Notes: a model not told the origin generated them from the sequence alone. Shown: positions 44,135-53,141, numbered from the stretch's first letter. The stretch is 57,725 bases of DNA from a virus (IMGVR_UViG_3300034064_000874:1-57725); one strand, 5' to 3'. Numbers and translations are program-made.

Positions 44135-46260
44135 TACATCGCCTCCAGTTCGCTCTCGAGCATCGCCTTGCGGTTGTTGATGTTCGCGCCCTCCATGTCG
44201 ATCATCCTGCGCTCGGCATCCAGCCCGCTCATCTCGATATCCACCGCCGTTCTCGCGGTCTCAGTCTGGATCTTCTCGATCTCGGCCATGGTTTTCTGAT
44301 TCTGGATCTCGGCCTGCTGCGCCTTGATCTCGTGATCCTGGGCCTTCAATTCGAGCTCAGCCTGCTTCGCCTGGGCAGCCATCATCTGTGGCGCCTGCTG
44401 AAGCTGCTGGATCGCCTGCTCAGCCTGCTGCAGCTGCTGCATCATCTGCTGCTTCTCGGGATCCATCTCTTCTTCACCGGTCTGCAGCCCCAGCATCTGA
44501 CGCATCTGGTCGGCCAGCTCCTGCCGGTTGGGCAGTTCGGAGAGTTCCACGAATGCTGGCGCCATGATCGCCTGAGCTTCGGGCGGCATTGCCTGGATCA
44601 CCTGGGTGAGCATGGTCATCTGCTGGGCGCGATAGGACGGAGTAGAAGGAACATCCTCGAGCGCCACCTTCACCTGGCTGCGGCTGACGTCGTTCATGAC
44701 CTCAAGCGCCCCGGTTTCTGGGTTCTGTACTGGCACATTCAATTGAATGACGCGCTTGCGCTTGCCTTCGCCCACCACAATCTGAGTCTGCTCGCGCATG
44801 TCCTCGCGAATCATGTCGACCAGCATCTCGCCCACCATGCGGCGTGAATAACGGTAGTTGTCGGAGAGTTCGGCCAGGGTCGTGGTGCCCTGCTCGACCA
44901 AGGAATTGATCGCCAGGCCTGAAGTCGCCTTGGAATCACTGCCCATCAGGGCGTTATGAATGCCGGAGACATTCTGGATGCCGGCCTCGGCGTCCTTCAT
45001 GATCTCGTACTGCTGATTCGACAGCGCCAGGTCCGACTCCAGCATGAAGCTGTTGGCGTTGCGGCGCTGTGGGTTCAGCACGATGATCGAATCCGGCCTC
45101 GCCACCTCATCAGCCACATCCCGGAACGAGTTCACCCGGGTATCCAGGGCATCCGAGTCGGCGATAATCCGCTTGGATGACAGGAGATTCATCAACTTGC
45201 GGCGGCGGGCGTTGATCTCATCCTGGGGCGAGATCATATTGCGGATCAGCCCGTAGGGAACGCCCGTCAAGTCCTCCTTGAAGCCCCAGAAGGGCACATA
45301 GGGCGGTCTCTTGGTTTTGGCTCTGCCATCATAAAGGCGATGCGGGCCCGCCCAGATGGCAAGCCTCTGCTGCGAGAACACGGCTTTTTGCGGCTGAACC
45401 AAGCCCATCGACACGGCGGCCAGGTGAGTTTCGTTCTTTGGGTCGAACTCAACCACCCGATCCTGGATCTTCAGCACATCCGCCCGAATCGGCGCCTTGT
45501 ACCAGACCTCAAACAGACAAACCCGCTGGCGATCCGCGTTCTGCCACTCAAAATCCGCCATACCGGATCCGCGCTGCTGGTCGAAAGCATTGGCCAGCTC
45601 AGGATCTTCCGAAACAATCTCCAGCCAATTCCCGTCCCAGCGTCCGCGGGAAGCGTCCAGCACTTTCTTGTGCCGGGGAAAGTACAGGGCGACCACGTCG
45701 TAATCGAACCAGCGCTTGCGGATGGTGTAACGCCCATCTGAGAGGTCAGGCTCCTTCGCCAGCCAGTCCCAGTACATCTCGCGCCGATGGACGTTCTGAA
45801 CGCGGTAACGATATTTGAATGGGTCACTTTCTCTGCTCACCTCCACCCAGCCCACACCGGCCTTCACCTGGCCGGCATACGCATCCGAGCAAGCCCGGTC
45901 AGCCCGGGTCTCGCGCTCCACCTCATGCAGGCGCTGGCTCAGAGCCTCGGCAACGTCTTGGAACTCCTGGCTATCAGCAATCACACGCCAATCCGAGCGG
46001 GTCTTCGCCTCCAGGCCCAGCACCAGATCGATATTCGGCTTGATCAGGTTCGTGATCAGCGGTGCCATGCCCTTTTCTTCCAGGGCCGCGAGGGTTTCGG
46101 CATCCAGCTGATTGCCGTCGTAATAGTCGGCGGCCCTGTCGGCCTCCTTGCGCCAATCCGGCTGATCGCGAATATCTTCGACGATCCGCTGATACTGGTC
46201 GTAGCTCAAACCCTTGTTTGACGTGATTGAATCGAAGCGCTGCTCCATCAGATTCTCCAA
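44134..46260 (-). CDS. Portal protein (P22-like)
   Basis: YYDGNQL, PYVPFWG, PYGLIRNMISPQDEIN and SGLAI motifs; Q-rich barrel tail. Confidence 0.92.
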   Translation of the reverse strand: MENLMEQRFDSITSNKGLSYDQYQRIVEDIRDQPDWRKEADRAADYYDGNQLDAETLAALEEKGMAPLITNLIKPNIDLVLGLEAKTRSDWRVIADSQEFQDVAEALSQRLHEVERETRADRACSDAYAGQVKAGVGWVEVSRESDPFKYRYRVQNVHRREMYWDWLAKEPDLSDGRYTIRKRWFDYDVVALYFPRHKKVLDASRGRWDGNWLEIVSEDPELANAFDQQRGSGMADFEWQNADRQRVCLFEVWYKAPIRADVLKIQDRVVEFDPKNETHLAAVSMGLVQPQKAVFSQQRLAIWAGPHRLYDGRAKTKRPPYVPFWGFKEDLTGVPYGLIRNMISPQDEINARRRKLMNLLSSKRIIADSDALDTRVNSFRDVADEVARPDSIIVLNPQRRNANSFMLESDLALSNQQYEIMKDAEAGIQNVSGIHNALMGSDSKATSGLAINSLVEQGTTTLAELSDNYRYSRRMVGEMLVDMIREDMREQTQIVVGEGKRKRVIQLNVPVQNPETGALEVMNDVSRSQVKVALEDVPSTPSYRAQQMTMLTQVIQAMPPEAQAIMAPAFVELSELPNRQELADQMRQMLGLQTGEEEMDPEKQQMMQQLQQAEQAIQQLQQAPQMMAAQAKQAELELKAQDHEIKAQQAEIQNQKTMAEIEKIQTETARTAVDIEMSGLDAERRMIDMEGANINNRKAMLESELEAM

Positions 46261-47762
46261 TTGCCTCGTCGGCTGCGGTCAACCGGGTTTTGTTGCATGT
46301 CTCTGGATGGCAGGGCGAAGGTCAAGGCGAGCGCGTCGGCTCTATCAGGGCTCTTGAGTCCGCGCTTCTTCATCTGTTCTTTCGGCTCGAGTTTCATCCG
46401 CCTGGATGAGTCATAGGTGTATTGCGGGCCGGTGAGATCCGCCATCAATCGATTGTCATCAGGTAGTGCGGCCGGCTTGTCTTCCAGCCACTCCTTCATC
46501 TCGCCCCACATCTCGTCGCGGCGAATGCTGTAAAGCTCGGTCTGAACGGCTCGCTCACCGAAGTGAATGCGGTTAACGGGATAGCCGAGCTCGATCAATC
46601 GATCAGCCACGCCACTTCCCACGCCAGTACAGTCGACATTGATCATGTCAGGGCCGACCCGATCAGCGGATCGAGCCACCAGACCCACAGTTTCCATGGT
46701 GCCCTTGCCATGCCAGGATTGAATCTCATGGACAACACGGCCTTGTCGAACGCAGAGCGCGGTGGAATCAGCGCCGTATTCAGCGGGATCCACTCCGAAA
46801 ATGATTGCGCCACTGGCCTCAGTCTTCTCTTTGCCGTCGGCGATCGCCCGGGTAACCAGGTCCATCGAGATCAGCGGATCACCTTCCACTCGCTTAAACG
46901 CCAGGCTGGCAGTCGCCGGGTATTCCTGGTCAAAAAGCGTCCGGTCGCCGCGGAAGTCAGTGATCAGCTTCTGCTGTCGCCAATAAGCCTGAGCGGTGGT
47001 TAACCCAAAAGCCTGGGCATATTCCGCATCCTCACCTTCAGGCGCCCACCCATCCGGCGGCTCCTTCGTGTATTCGCTCTGCCACATCCAAGGCACGAAC
47101 ACCGGGATATAGTCAGAAGATCCATCCTCGGCGTCCTGCCACATCCCGTGAAACAGATTGCCGACACCATTGGCGGTCGATTCGAGAATGATCTCGGTGC
47201 CTGGCGCATCAGGGACAATCTGACCAATCCCTGCCATGTGATCCTCAGCATTCGGCCAGAAGGCCACCTCGGATCCATGGAAGAACTGCGCCGTCGCGGA
47301 TCGTCCTGTCCCGGATGATCCTGCTGTCGCGACCGAGAATTCGCTCTGCATGTGATCAAATACCAGCTGGCTGCCCGAGTTCGCCCGGGTGCTCGGCTTG
47401 ATCCAATCCGGGCAAAGGTCGTGATATCGGCGCGTCATGCCGAATAAGTTGCTGGTCGCCTCGGCTAAGTGCGTCAGGATGTAAGCTCGCTTGCCTTGAT
47501 TCAGGCTGGTGAGCCAATAAAAGCGTCCCTCGGTGTAAGTCGACATGCCCTGCTGACGACCCTTCAGGACCACGGCACGGACTTTCCCGGTATCAATCTT
47601 CTGCTGCTGGATCTGCTGATGCAGGTACTGCTGCGCCTGGTTCAGCTGAAACGGGATGATCTCGCCATCTTTGGCCCGGATATTCAGGGCAACCGGCGCG
47701 TATCGTGAAAAATCAGTGGTGAGGACTTTGAGCTTTTTCTTGGATTCGTCACTGAGCAGCAT
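46248..47762 (-). CDS. terL: Terminase large subunit
   Basis: LKGRQQGMST, HGSEVAFW, ILESTANG, GVDPA and SPDRADALAL motifs. Confidence 0.95.
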   Translation of the reverse strand: MLLSDESKKKLKVLTTDFSRYAPVALNIRAKDGEIIPFQLNQAQQYLHQQIQQQKIDTGKVRAVVLKGRQQGMSTYTEGRFYWLTSLNQGKRAYILTHLAEATSNLFGMTRRYHDLCPDWIKPSTRANSGSQLVFDHMQSEFSVATAGSSGTGRSATAQFFHGSEVAFWPNAEDHMAGIGQIVPDAPGTEIILESTANGVGNLFHGMWQDAEDGSSDYIPVFVPWMWQSEYTKEPPDGWAPEGEDAEYAQAFGLTTAQAYWRQQKLITDFRGDRTLFDQEYPATASLAFKRVEGDPLISMDLVTRAIADGKEKTEASGAIIFGVDPAEYGADSTALCVRQGRVVHEIQSWHGKGTMETVGLVARSADRVGPDMINVDCTGVGSGVADRLIELGYPVNRIHFGERAVQTELYSIRRDEMWGEMKEWLEDKPAALPDDNRLMADLTGPQYTYDSSRRMKLEPKEQMKKRGLKSPDRADALALTFALPSRDMQQNPVDRSRRGNWRI

Positions 47763-48037
47763 CAGAGATCAATCTGTTTCAGCGCGTCTTCAATTGAGAC
47801 GCTCATTTTGGTGGTATTCTCGGTGCGCTGCAGCTTGGGAATGTGATACTCAACGACCGACTGGAACAGCTTGAATGCCTCGGCGGGGTTTTCCTCCGCC
47901 ACACGATCCAACCATCCTTCCAGTCGATGCGCATTGTTATCGACGAACAGCGCAATCGCTTCTCTTGCCTGGCTCGTTGTCTTGTTGGTGACGCCAGGTT
48001 GGCGTCCGCCTGTCTTTGGCTTTCCTTTTCCTGCCAT
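47762..48037 (-). CDS. Terminase small subunit
   Basis: KTGGRQPGVTNK; EYHIPKLQR; directly upstream of terL. Confidence 0.7.
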   Translation of the reverse strand: MAGKGKPKTGGRQPGVTNKTTSQAREAIALFVDNNAHRLEGWLDRVAEENPAEAFKLFQSVVEYHIPKLQRTENTTKMSVSIEDALKQIDL

Positions 48038-48066
48038 TTTTCTATCTCGCTCTGTTACAGAGCCTG

Positions 48067-48279
48067 TTAATTCCCCTTCGTCGCATTCATCCTGGTCAAC
48101 ATCAGATCGATGTCGCGCAGGGATTTCTGAATATCCTTGTACTGCTCATCGTGCTTATCCAGATGACCTTTGAATCCATCCTCTAGCTGATTGAGTCGAT
48201 ACTCATGTTGCTGGACCATGCTCCAGACGAGGAAGGCAGCTCCCGCGAGCGTCAATCCGATCTTGATCCAGTCACTCAT
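48067..48279 (-). CDS. Membrane-anchored coiled-coil protein (lysis region)
   Basis: N-terminal TM followed by a coiled coil. Confidence 0.6.
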   Translation of the reverse strand: MSDWIKIGLTLAGAAFLVWSMVQQHEYRLNQLEDGFKGHLDKHDEQYKDIQKSLRDIDLMLTRMNATKGN

Positions 48280-48402
48280 AGTCTTTGCTCTCCACCAGTC
48301 GACAATCAATCCCAGCCATGACGCCGAGCTGGGTGAGGGAAGTAATGCGGCCATCAGCGTCCTCGAATAACGGGGTTGGTTTCATTTCGCAGGCACATCC
48401 TG

Positions 48403-48687
48403 TTAACGCAGCAAGGTACGCGCCCGCACATAGCCCCTGAGCAAAGTGTCCCCACAATCGTTGGCGGTCACTTTGTCCCCCTGAATATCCAACAAGCAGT
48501 CGGTGCCAACCGGCGGCATGACTAGCTTTGGGCAAGATTGAGCGGGCTTTTGGCTGAGAGAAATGTCCACGACCTTGTCCACATTCGTCTGCGCGCAGCC
48601 TTGAGCCAAAAAAATCACAAAGAGGGAGACCATGCCGAAAGCCAGCACCATCACCTCTTCCAGCATTTCCTGGTAGGGATCCTTCAC
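48403..48687 (-). CDS. Lipoprotein, possible spanin
   Basis: Hydrophobic stretch ending in lipobox-like FLAQGC; downstream of endolysin. Confidence 0.55.
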   Translation of the reverse strand: MKDPYQEMLEEVMVLAFGMVSLFVIFLAQGCAQTNVDKVVDISLSQKPAQSCPKLVMPPVGTDCLLDIQGDKVTANDCGDTLLRGYVRARTLLR

Positions 48688-48782
48688 GACACCGCCCAGA
48701 ACAGCAGGCCAGCCAGGCTCATGGCGATGACGGTCACGATGAACACGCCGATCATTACCTGGCTCAGGAATTCGTCTCTCAT
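48684..48782 (-). CDS. 32-aa single-TM peptide
   Basis: Read manually; coupled to the endolysin stop and the next start. Confidence 0.5.
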   Translation of the reverse strand: MRDEFLSQVMIGVFIVTVIAMSLAGLLFWAVS

Positions 48783-49333
48783 CAGATTGCCTTCAGGAAC
48801 TGCGACCAGAGCTTTTTCCGGTCAGCCATACCGTTGGTGCCGCCGTTAATCAGCTTGGTAATGCGGGTGAATTCCTGACGGTCTGCCAACTCATTGGCGC
48901 CGATCATGTCCCAGTAATCTGCCGCACTGAGCGCCGCCCATCTGGGGAGCGTCAGCTTGTCAGGCTCAGCCTCAAAATCGGGCACGCCCAGCTTGGGGAA
49001 GCGGGCACGGAGGCGCTGCGTCACCCGACGGTGGTTATAACGGCCAGTCGTCTGAATCAATCCATGGCCCCGGAAGCGGGATCCGTCGCCCTTGTAGATA
49101 TTCCCCAGGTCTTTGCGGCCTTCATAGCGCCTCTGAGCGAATGTCGGGCCCCAGATTTCTGAGGTGTACTTGAGTCGGCCAGATTCATGGCCCACCTGAG
49201 CCAGAAAGATGCTCATGCGGTTGCGGTTGTTGATGCCGTACAGCTGCATGGCCTCGTTTACGTGAGGCAACCACCAGTCGGCGCGCTCTCGGGTAATCCC
49301 CATTCCGCGCTGCAGCTGGTCGGCCTTGATCAC
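48782..49333 (-). CDS. Endolysin, GH19 family
   Basis: FLAQVGHESG, DLGN...DGSRFRGHGLIQTTGR and INGGTNG motifs; GTG start. Confidence 0.92.
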   Translation of the reverse strand: MIKADQLQRGMGITRERADWWLPHVNEAMQLYGINNRNRMSIFLAQVGHESGRLKYTSEIWGPTFAQRRYEGRKDLGNIYKGDGSRFRGHGLIQTTGRYNHRRVTQRLRARFPKLGVPDFEAEPDKLTLPRWAALSAADYWDMIGANELADRQEFTRITKLINGGTNGMADRKKLWSQFLKAI

Positions 49334-49584
49334 TCTCGCCCCTCTTTCAGAACGTCTTGGATGTCGTCCTTGCCCAGCGTGTTGAGCTCCTGAGCGATGT
49401 CGGGCTGGGTATTGCCGCGGATCAGGAAGAAGACGACGATCAACAGGGTCCACAGGGTCGGCAGCAGCCACTTGCGGGTGTCTTCGTCAAAGTCCTTGCT
49501 GAACTCCATCGCAGCCAGCAGCAAAGCAACGATATTAGTGCCGGAGTAGGTGCTGAGCCCGTACTTTTTGATCAGGTTGCCCAT
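49330..49584 (-). CDS. Putative holin
   Basis: Two hydrophobic helices, charged C-terminus; upstream of endolysin. Confidence 0.6.
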   Translation of the reverse strand: MGNLIKKYGLSTYSGTNIVALLLAAMEFSKDFDEDTRKWLLPTLWTLLIVVFFLIRGNTQPDIAQELNTLGKDDIQDVLKEGRE

Positions 49585-49820
49585 TACCTTTTCCTCACCA
49601 CGATCGCCAGCGCCAACTCAATCGCCAGATTGAAGGCGCGAGTACCGAACAGCGCTCCGGACGATTTCAACTCAGCCCACACCGCCTCCTTCTTGCCGTC
49701 CCCATTCAGGTCCACGCGACCATCGAAGCGCGACACCAAGGCCAGCACTTGCCGGAAGAACGCCTTTCCCACCAGCCAGTCGGCCAGCTTGTTCACCAGA
49801 GCAATGATCAGAGCGTCCAT
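49584..49820 (-). CDS. Lysis-region hypothetical protein
   Basis: GDGKKEAV...NLAIELA. Confidence 0.6.
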   Translation of the reverse strand: MDALIIALVNKLADWLVGKAFFRQVLALVSRFDGRVDLNGDGKKEAVWAELKSSGALFGTRAFNLAIELALAIVVRKR

Positions 49821-49834
49821 AAGGCACCAGGCAT

Positions 49835-49858
49835 AAAAAAGCCCGGACTAAGCCGGGC
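49835..49858 (-). terminator. Rho-independent terminator before the lysis genes
   Basis: GCCCGG-CTTAGT-CCGGGC-TTTTTT. Confidence 0.8.
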
Positions 49859-49870
49859 AGTGGGGTATAA

Positions 49871-49928
49871 GCGAGGAGAACGAGCGGAACTATCGAAAGT
49901 TAGCCCCTTTGTACAGCATCCTCCTCAC
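49871..49928 (-). ncRNA. Putative structured RNA element
   Basis: 12-bp stem GUGAGGAGGAUG/CGUUCUCCUCGC with inner stem GGGGCUA/UAGUUCC. Confidence 0.4.
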
Positions 49929-49946
49929 TTAGTGGTCTCCTACGAT

Positions 49947-50276
49947 TTACTCGTTTTCATCCTCGAATGGCCGTGGCGCATTGATGTCCACCGGTTCATA
50001 TCCATCCTCATCCTGGATCTTGTAGCTGGGCAGATCAAAATTCTGCGGCCCCATGATCCCCTTATGCGGCACGTACTCGTCCCCTTCCCTTTTGTACGTC
50101 GTTCCGATCGGGTTGATGATGCCCATTGGTCCAGGAATCGTCTGGTAGATCGTGTCTCCCTCAATCTTGATGCCGGGCTGGGTGATGTCGATCGTGTTGG
50201 TGCCTGGGTGCGTCGGCAGGATCAGCGTTTTGGCCTGGGCCGAGCTGACGACCAGCAATAAAATCAGAGCTCTCAT
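49947..50276 (-). CDS. Secreted hypothetical protein
   Basis: Signal peptide MRALILLLVVSSAQA. Confidence 0.7.
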   Translation of the reverse strand: MRALILLLVVSSAQAKTLILPTHPGTNTIDITQPGIKIEGDTIYQTIPGPMGIINPIGTTYKREGDEYVPHKGIMGPQNFDLPSYKIQDEDGYEPVDINAPRPFEDENE

Positions 50277-50632
50277 GATGGTTCTCCTGTAATGGCGGCC
50301 GCGATGATGTCACTGATGAGCTTCGCTGACTCAGGCGGCAACGACGTCTGCCATACCACCCGATGCTGGTCCGGCTTCGAGGATCCGCTGAAGGTCCGGG
50401 TGAACTGGATGTCGATCTGATCGTGTCGCCCAGGACGGACTCTCAGGTAAAGCCGTGTCGACCGATCATGGATATCGATCACCTCATGGACCAAAACCGC
50501 CTCTTCGGTTTCTTGCTGGATCCTTTTCTGTCGATTGGCATTCGCTCGGCACAGGTCAGAGCAGTATCGAGCGTCGTATCTCACGGCTGAGAAAGTCTGG
50601 CCGCAGGTTTCGCATTGAATTTCATGTGGCAT
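50273..50632 (-). CDS. Zinc-finger protein
   Basis: CETCG...ARYCSDLCR. Confidence 0.7.
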   Translation of the reverse strand: MPHEIQCETCGQTFSAVRYDARYCSDLCRANANRQKRIQQETEEAVLVHEVIDIHDRSTRLYLRVRPGRHDQIDIQFTRTFSGSSKPDQHRVVWQTSLPPESAKLISDIIAAAITGEPS

Positions 50633-50634
50633 GG

Positions 50635-50817
50635 TTAACCCCCTATGCTGAAGTTTCTGGTTTTGTCGTATTCGACCAGGGATTTCACCTGATCCTGGTA
50701 GATCTCAGCCCCCAGTGAATCCCACCGGTCAGAGGCCAGATATTTTTCTTCGGCCGTCAGATAGCTCTCTTGGCGATACTGGCCGGCCCGGTCGATGATG
50801 TAGATCGTGTGGTTCAT
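50635..50817 (-). CDS. Hypothetical protein
   Basis: GGAG RBS; ATGA coupling. Confidence 0.6.
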   Translation of the reverse strand: MNHTIYIIDRAGQYRQESYLTAEEKYLASDRWDSLGAEIYQDQVKSLVEYDKTRNFSIGG

Positions 50818-51044
50818 TCTTCTTCTCCAATGGTTTTTGCGAAGGCCTCGCCTTTCGTCATGGCCTCGACAATGCTGTTGCCGTGAATGACGGTGTGCCC
50901 TTTGATCACGCAGGCATACCAGCTTGGCGGCGTCTGCTTAAACACAAACAAATCAAGGCCATTCACGCGCTTGGTGTGGACCGGGGCGCCGGTATTGAAT
51001 CCAGCATTCCCCTCCACCCGTCTCCAGCCAGGTATCCAAGTCAT
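50814..51044 (-). CDS. Hypothetical protein
   Basis: GAGGG RBS; ATGA coupling. Confidence 0.6.
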   Translation of the reverse strand: MTWIPGWRRVEGNAGFNTGAPVHTKRVNGLDLFVFKQTPPSWYACVIKGHTVIHGNSIVEAMTKGEAFAKTIGEEE

Positions 51045-51214
51045 GCTGCCCTCTCGTAATTCGGTGGTTTTGGTTCAGGCTGCCGGCCGCGCCAGTCGCA
51101 GAGCGAGCAGCACCAGTTCTGACTGACCGCCTCCCAGATGTCGGCTCTCTGCCCGCATGTCGGGCACCAGCCTGGCTGGGTGTTGGGTGTATCGATGTCG
51201 TCATAGGAGCCCAT
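51041..51214 (-). CDS. Small zinc-ribbon protein (MGSYDD...WCPTCG...WCCSLCDW, 57 aa)
   Basis: Read manually; GGAGG RBS; coupled at both ends. Confidence 0.65.
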   Translation of the reverse strand: MGSYDDIDTPNTQPGWCPTCGQRADIWEAVSQNWCCSLCDWRGRQPEPKPPNYERAA

Positions 51215-51399
51215 CAGTCACCTCCAGCCGGTCGGCAAAGCCCATGCTCAATGAGAGCGGTCGCCGTGCGGCCGAACCAGCCCTGCAGCTGCCAGCACAA
51301 GCCGGTGTCGATCAGCTGCTGCCAGGCCTCATAAATCTGGTCCTCGGACTCTGGTGCGATCCAGCCTTCCGCGATACCAACTGCGTCGAATGTTTGCAT
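51214..51399 (-). CDS. Conserved small phage protein
   Basis: AWQQLIDTGLCWQLQGWFGRTA..LI..G; CAGGAG RBS. Confidence 0.75.
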   Translation of the reverse strand: MQTFDAVGIAEGWIAPESEDQIYEAWQQLIDTGLCWQLQGWFGRTATALIEHGLCRPAGGD

Positions 51400-51404
51400 T
51401 GTTG

Positions 51405-51457
51405 TCTCCTGTTTTTGGGCGTAAGGAAGCGCCGTGGGTGGATGGCCGTCCTTGGCC
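51405..51457 (-). repeat. Leader repeat copy 3: GGA-loop hairpin plus CUUCCUUA-loop hairpin plus SD
   Basis: GGCCAAGGACGGCC...GGCG-CTTCCTTA-CGCC-CAAAAACAGGAGA. Confidence 0.85.
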
Positions 51458-51464
51458 AGGTTTG

Positions 51465-52271
51465 TCAGTGAACCAGGTCGACCAGGGCCTCAGTAAGAGT
51501 CCACAGCGACTTGTTCAACCGAACATTTTCCGAAACCGAATTGACGGCCCGGGTGGTGGTGCGACCGCCATTGCTGTTGCGACCGCGCAGACCGCCCTTG
51601 ATCAGGTTCTCCTGAACCCGGTTGTAGATCGTCCAGGCGTCATTCGAGCGATCAGCAAACCGGCGCAGGCTCAGCAGTTGATCCGCCTTGATCGGCGCCT
51701 CTTCATCCCAGCGCAGTTGCAGAGCCGCGTTGGCATAGGACTGCTGCTGGTACTCGGTCAGCTGCACCGAGCGGAAATCATCCACCCGGCCCTGAATCAG
51801 CTCGCTGTTCTCGATCACCCGGTAAGCACCCTCGATCACGTCGTCCACCACGTTGCCGCTGTGGCGGGTGCGGATCGTTTCGAAGGTGGAATCAGCCACG
51901 ATCAGCCCGTTGGAGCAGACCAGGCGGAACACGCCGGCGGAGAGCTGGTAGCTGCTGGTCCCATCATGGGAGTTCAGCAACACGATCTCAGGCGCCAGCT
52001 CCTTGCCGAAGCCGTCATCGCGACGGAACCGGACAACGTGGCGGGTGTAACCGAAGTTCTCCGCCTTCCGGCTGCGAGCCTCACCGGCATAGACCGGCAG
52101 GAAGCCCTCGTTGCGTAACGCCTCAACAGCGTCGATGGTGGGGATGAAGGTGTAGCGGTGGCTACGGCCTGGGGCGGCGGTCTCAGCGAATACGCTAGGC
52201 GCCAGACGTTGGATCTCGTAGTTTTCGAGCGGACGGCCCTGACCACGGATGGAATTGATGACTGCGTTCAT
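51465..52271 (-). CDS. DUF932/DUF945 family protein
   Basis: APSVFA, RS.RYTFIPT, EIVLLNSHDGTSSYQL.AGVFRLVCSNGL and NRVQENLIKGG motifs. Confidence 0.9.
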   Translation of the reverse strand: MNAVINSIRGQGRPLENYEIQRLAPSVFAETAAPGRSHRYTFIPTIDAVEALRNEGFLPVYAGEARSRKAENFGYTRHVVRFRRDDGFGKELAPEIVLLNSHDGTSSYQLSAGVFRLVCSNGLIVADSTFETIRTRHSGNVVDDVIEGAYRVIENSELIQGRVDDFRSVQLTEYQQQSYANAALQLRWDEEAPIKADQLLSLRRFADRSNDAWTIYNRVQENLIKGGLRGRNSNGGRTTTRAVNSVSENVRLNKSLWTLTEALVDLVH

Positions 52272-52276
52272 TGATG

Positions 52277-52333
52277 TCTCCTGTTTTAAGCCGTAAGGAA
52301 GCGGCGGGTTGGTAAAAGCGGCCGTCCGTGGCC
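52277..52333 (-). repeat. Leader repeat copy 2
   Basis: GGCCACGGACGGCC...GCCG-CTTCCTTA-CGGC-TTAAAACAGGAGA. Confidence 0.85.
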
Positions 52334-52342
52334 TTGGTTTAC

Positions 52343-52615
52343 TTATGCAGTAATACCGAACTCGGCGAAGAACTCGGCGCCGGGGTATCCATCTGCAATG
52401 ACTGACTCCAGAGTTCCGAGGGTGTGACGTATGAATTCGTCAGAAGGTGTTCCGAACGCATCACATGATGCGAGAACACCCAGTTCTATGCATGTTTCGC
52501 CTGCGTTATTTAACGCACTTGCCCAAGTGTTCCAGATATCCCGGTCGATTTCGTAGCCGACAATGCCTGAAATGCGGCTGAAGGTTTCCCTGGCGGAGTT
52601 GTTTGTGTAGCTCAT
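52343..52615 (-). CDS. Acidic hypothetical protein
   Basis: CAGGAG RBS; first gene after the promoter. Confidence 0.75.
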   Translation of the reverse strand: MSYTNNSARETFSRISGIVGYEIDRDIWNTWASALNNAGETCIELGVLASCDAFGTPSDEFIRHTLGTLESVIADGYPGAEFFAEFGITA

Positions 52616-52622
52616 TTTTTTA

Positions 52623-52652
52623 TCTCCTGTTTTTGCCCGTAAGGAAGCGGGT
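52623..52652 (-). repeat. Leader repeat copy 1
   Basis: ACCCG-CTTCCTTA-CGGGC-AAAAACAGGAGA. Confidence 0.85.
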
Positions 52653-52687
52653 GGCTGTCTCGAGCCCTGTGCTCTCGACTGGTGATC

Positions 52688-52715
52688 AGTCTAAAGCATT
52701 ATCCGAAGCTGTCAA
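52688..52715 (-). promoter_or_regulatory. Sigma70-type promoter
   Basis: TTGACA-N16-TAGACT with AT-rich upstream sequence. Confidence 0.75.
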
Positions 52716-52741
52716 TACTTTTCCGTAAATTATTTGAAGCA

Positions 52742-53095
52742 TCAGCGCATGCTCAACCAGGCCTCGACCAACCACCGTTCCGCCCGATCAATGGCTGGCC
52801 CTCTGATTTCCTCCTGGCCCACGTAGCGCTTGTAGAGCAGTCGGTGATAGCGATGCCCTGCCCGGCAGTTTTCGCGCATCAGCGCCAGCAGGCGGCCGAT
52901 CTCCTGGACATCCGCCGGGATCCAGATCCCCGGTGGCAGAGGCCGTCCGCCATCCGTCCGCCGGGACTCCCCGATACGCCCCAACAGGCTGCGCTGGCTC
53001 TTCGCCGAATACAGCCCGTTCGCCTCCCACTCAGCCCAGTGCATGAGCATGTCGCGGATGATCTCCAGCGGCGTGACTTTCTTTTTCAGAGCCAT
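52742..53095 (-). CDS. Possible Q-like late antiterminator
   Basis: IRDMLMHWAEW N-terminal motif; last gene of the nin-like region, before the promoter and lysis genes. Confidence 0.45.
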   Translation of the reverse strand: MALKKKVTPLEIIRDMLMHWAEWEANGLYSAKSQRSLLGRIGESRRTDGGRPLPPGIWIPADVQEIGRLLALMRENCRAGHRYHRLLYKRYVGQEEIRGPAIDRAERWLVEAWLSMR

Positions 53096-53141
53096 AGGAA
53101 CAGCAAGATGCAGGCCAAGGGAATCAGCATCAGCAGGTCGC

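Noticed and set aside
50953-51204. 83-aa ORF from the supplied track
   Set aside because: The overlapping frame 51214-51041 has an RBS, coupling at both ends and a CxxC/CxxC motif, so it is the more likely gene
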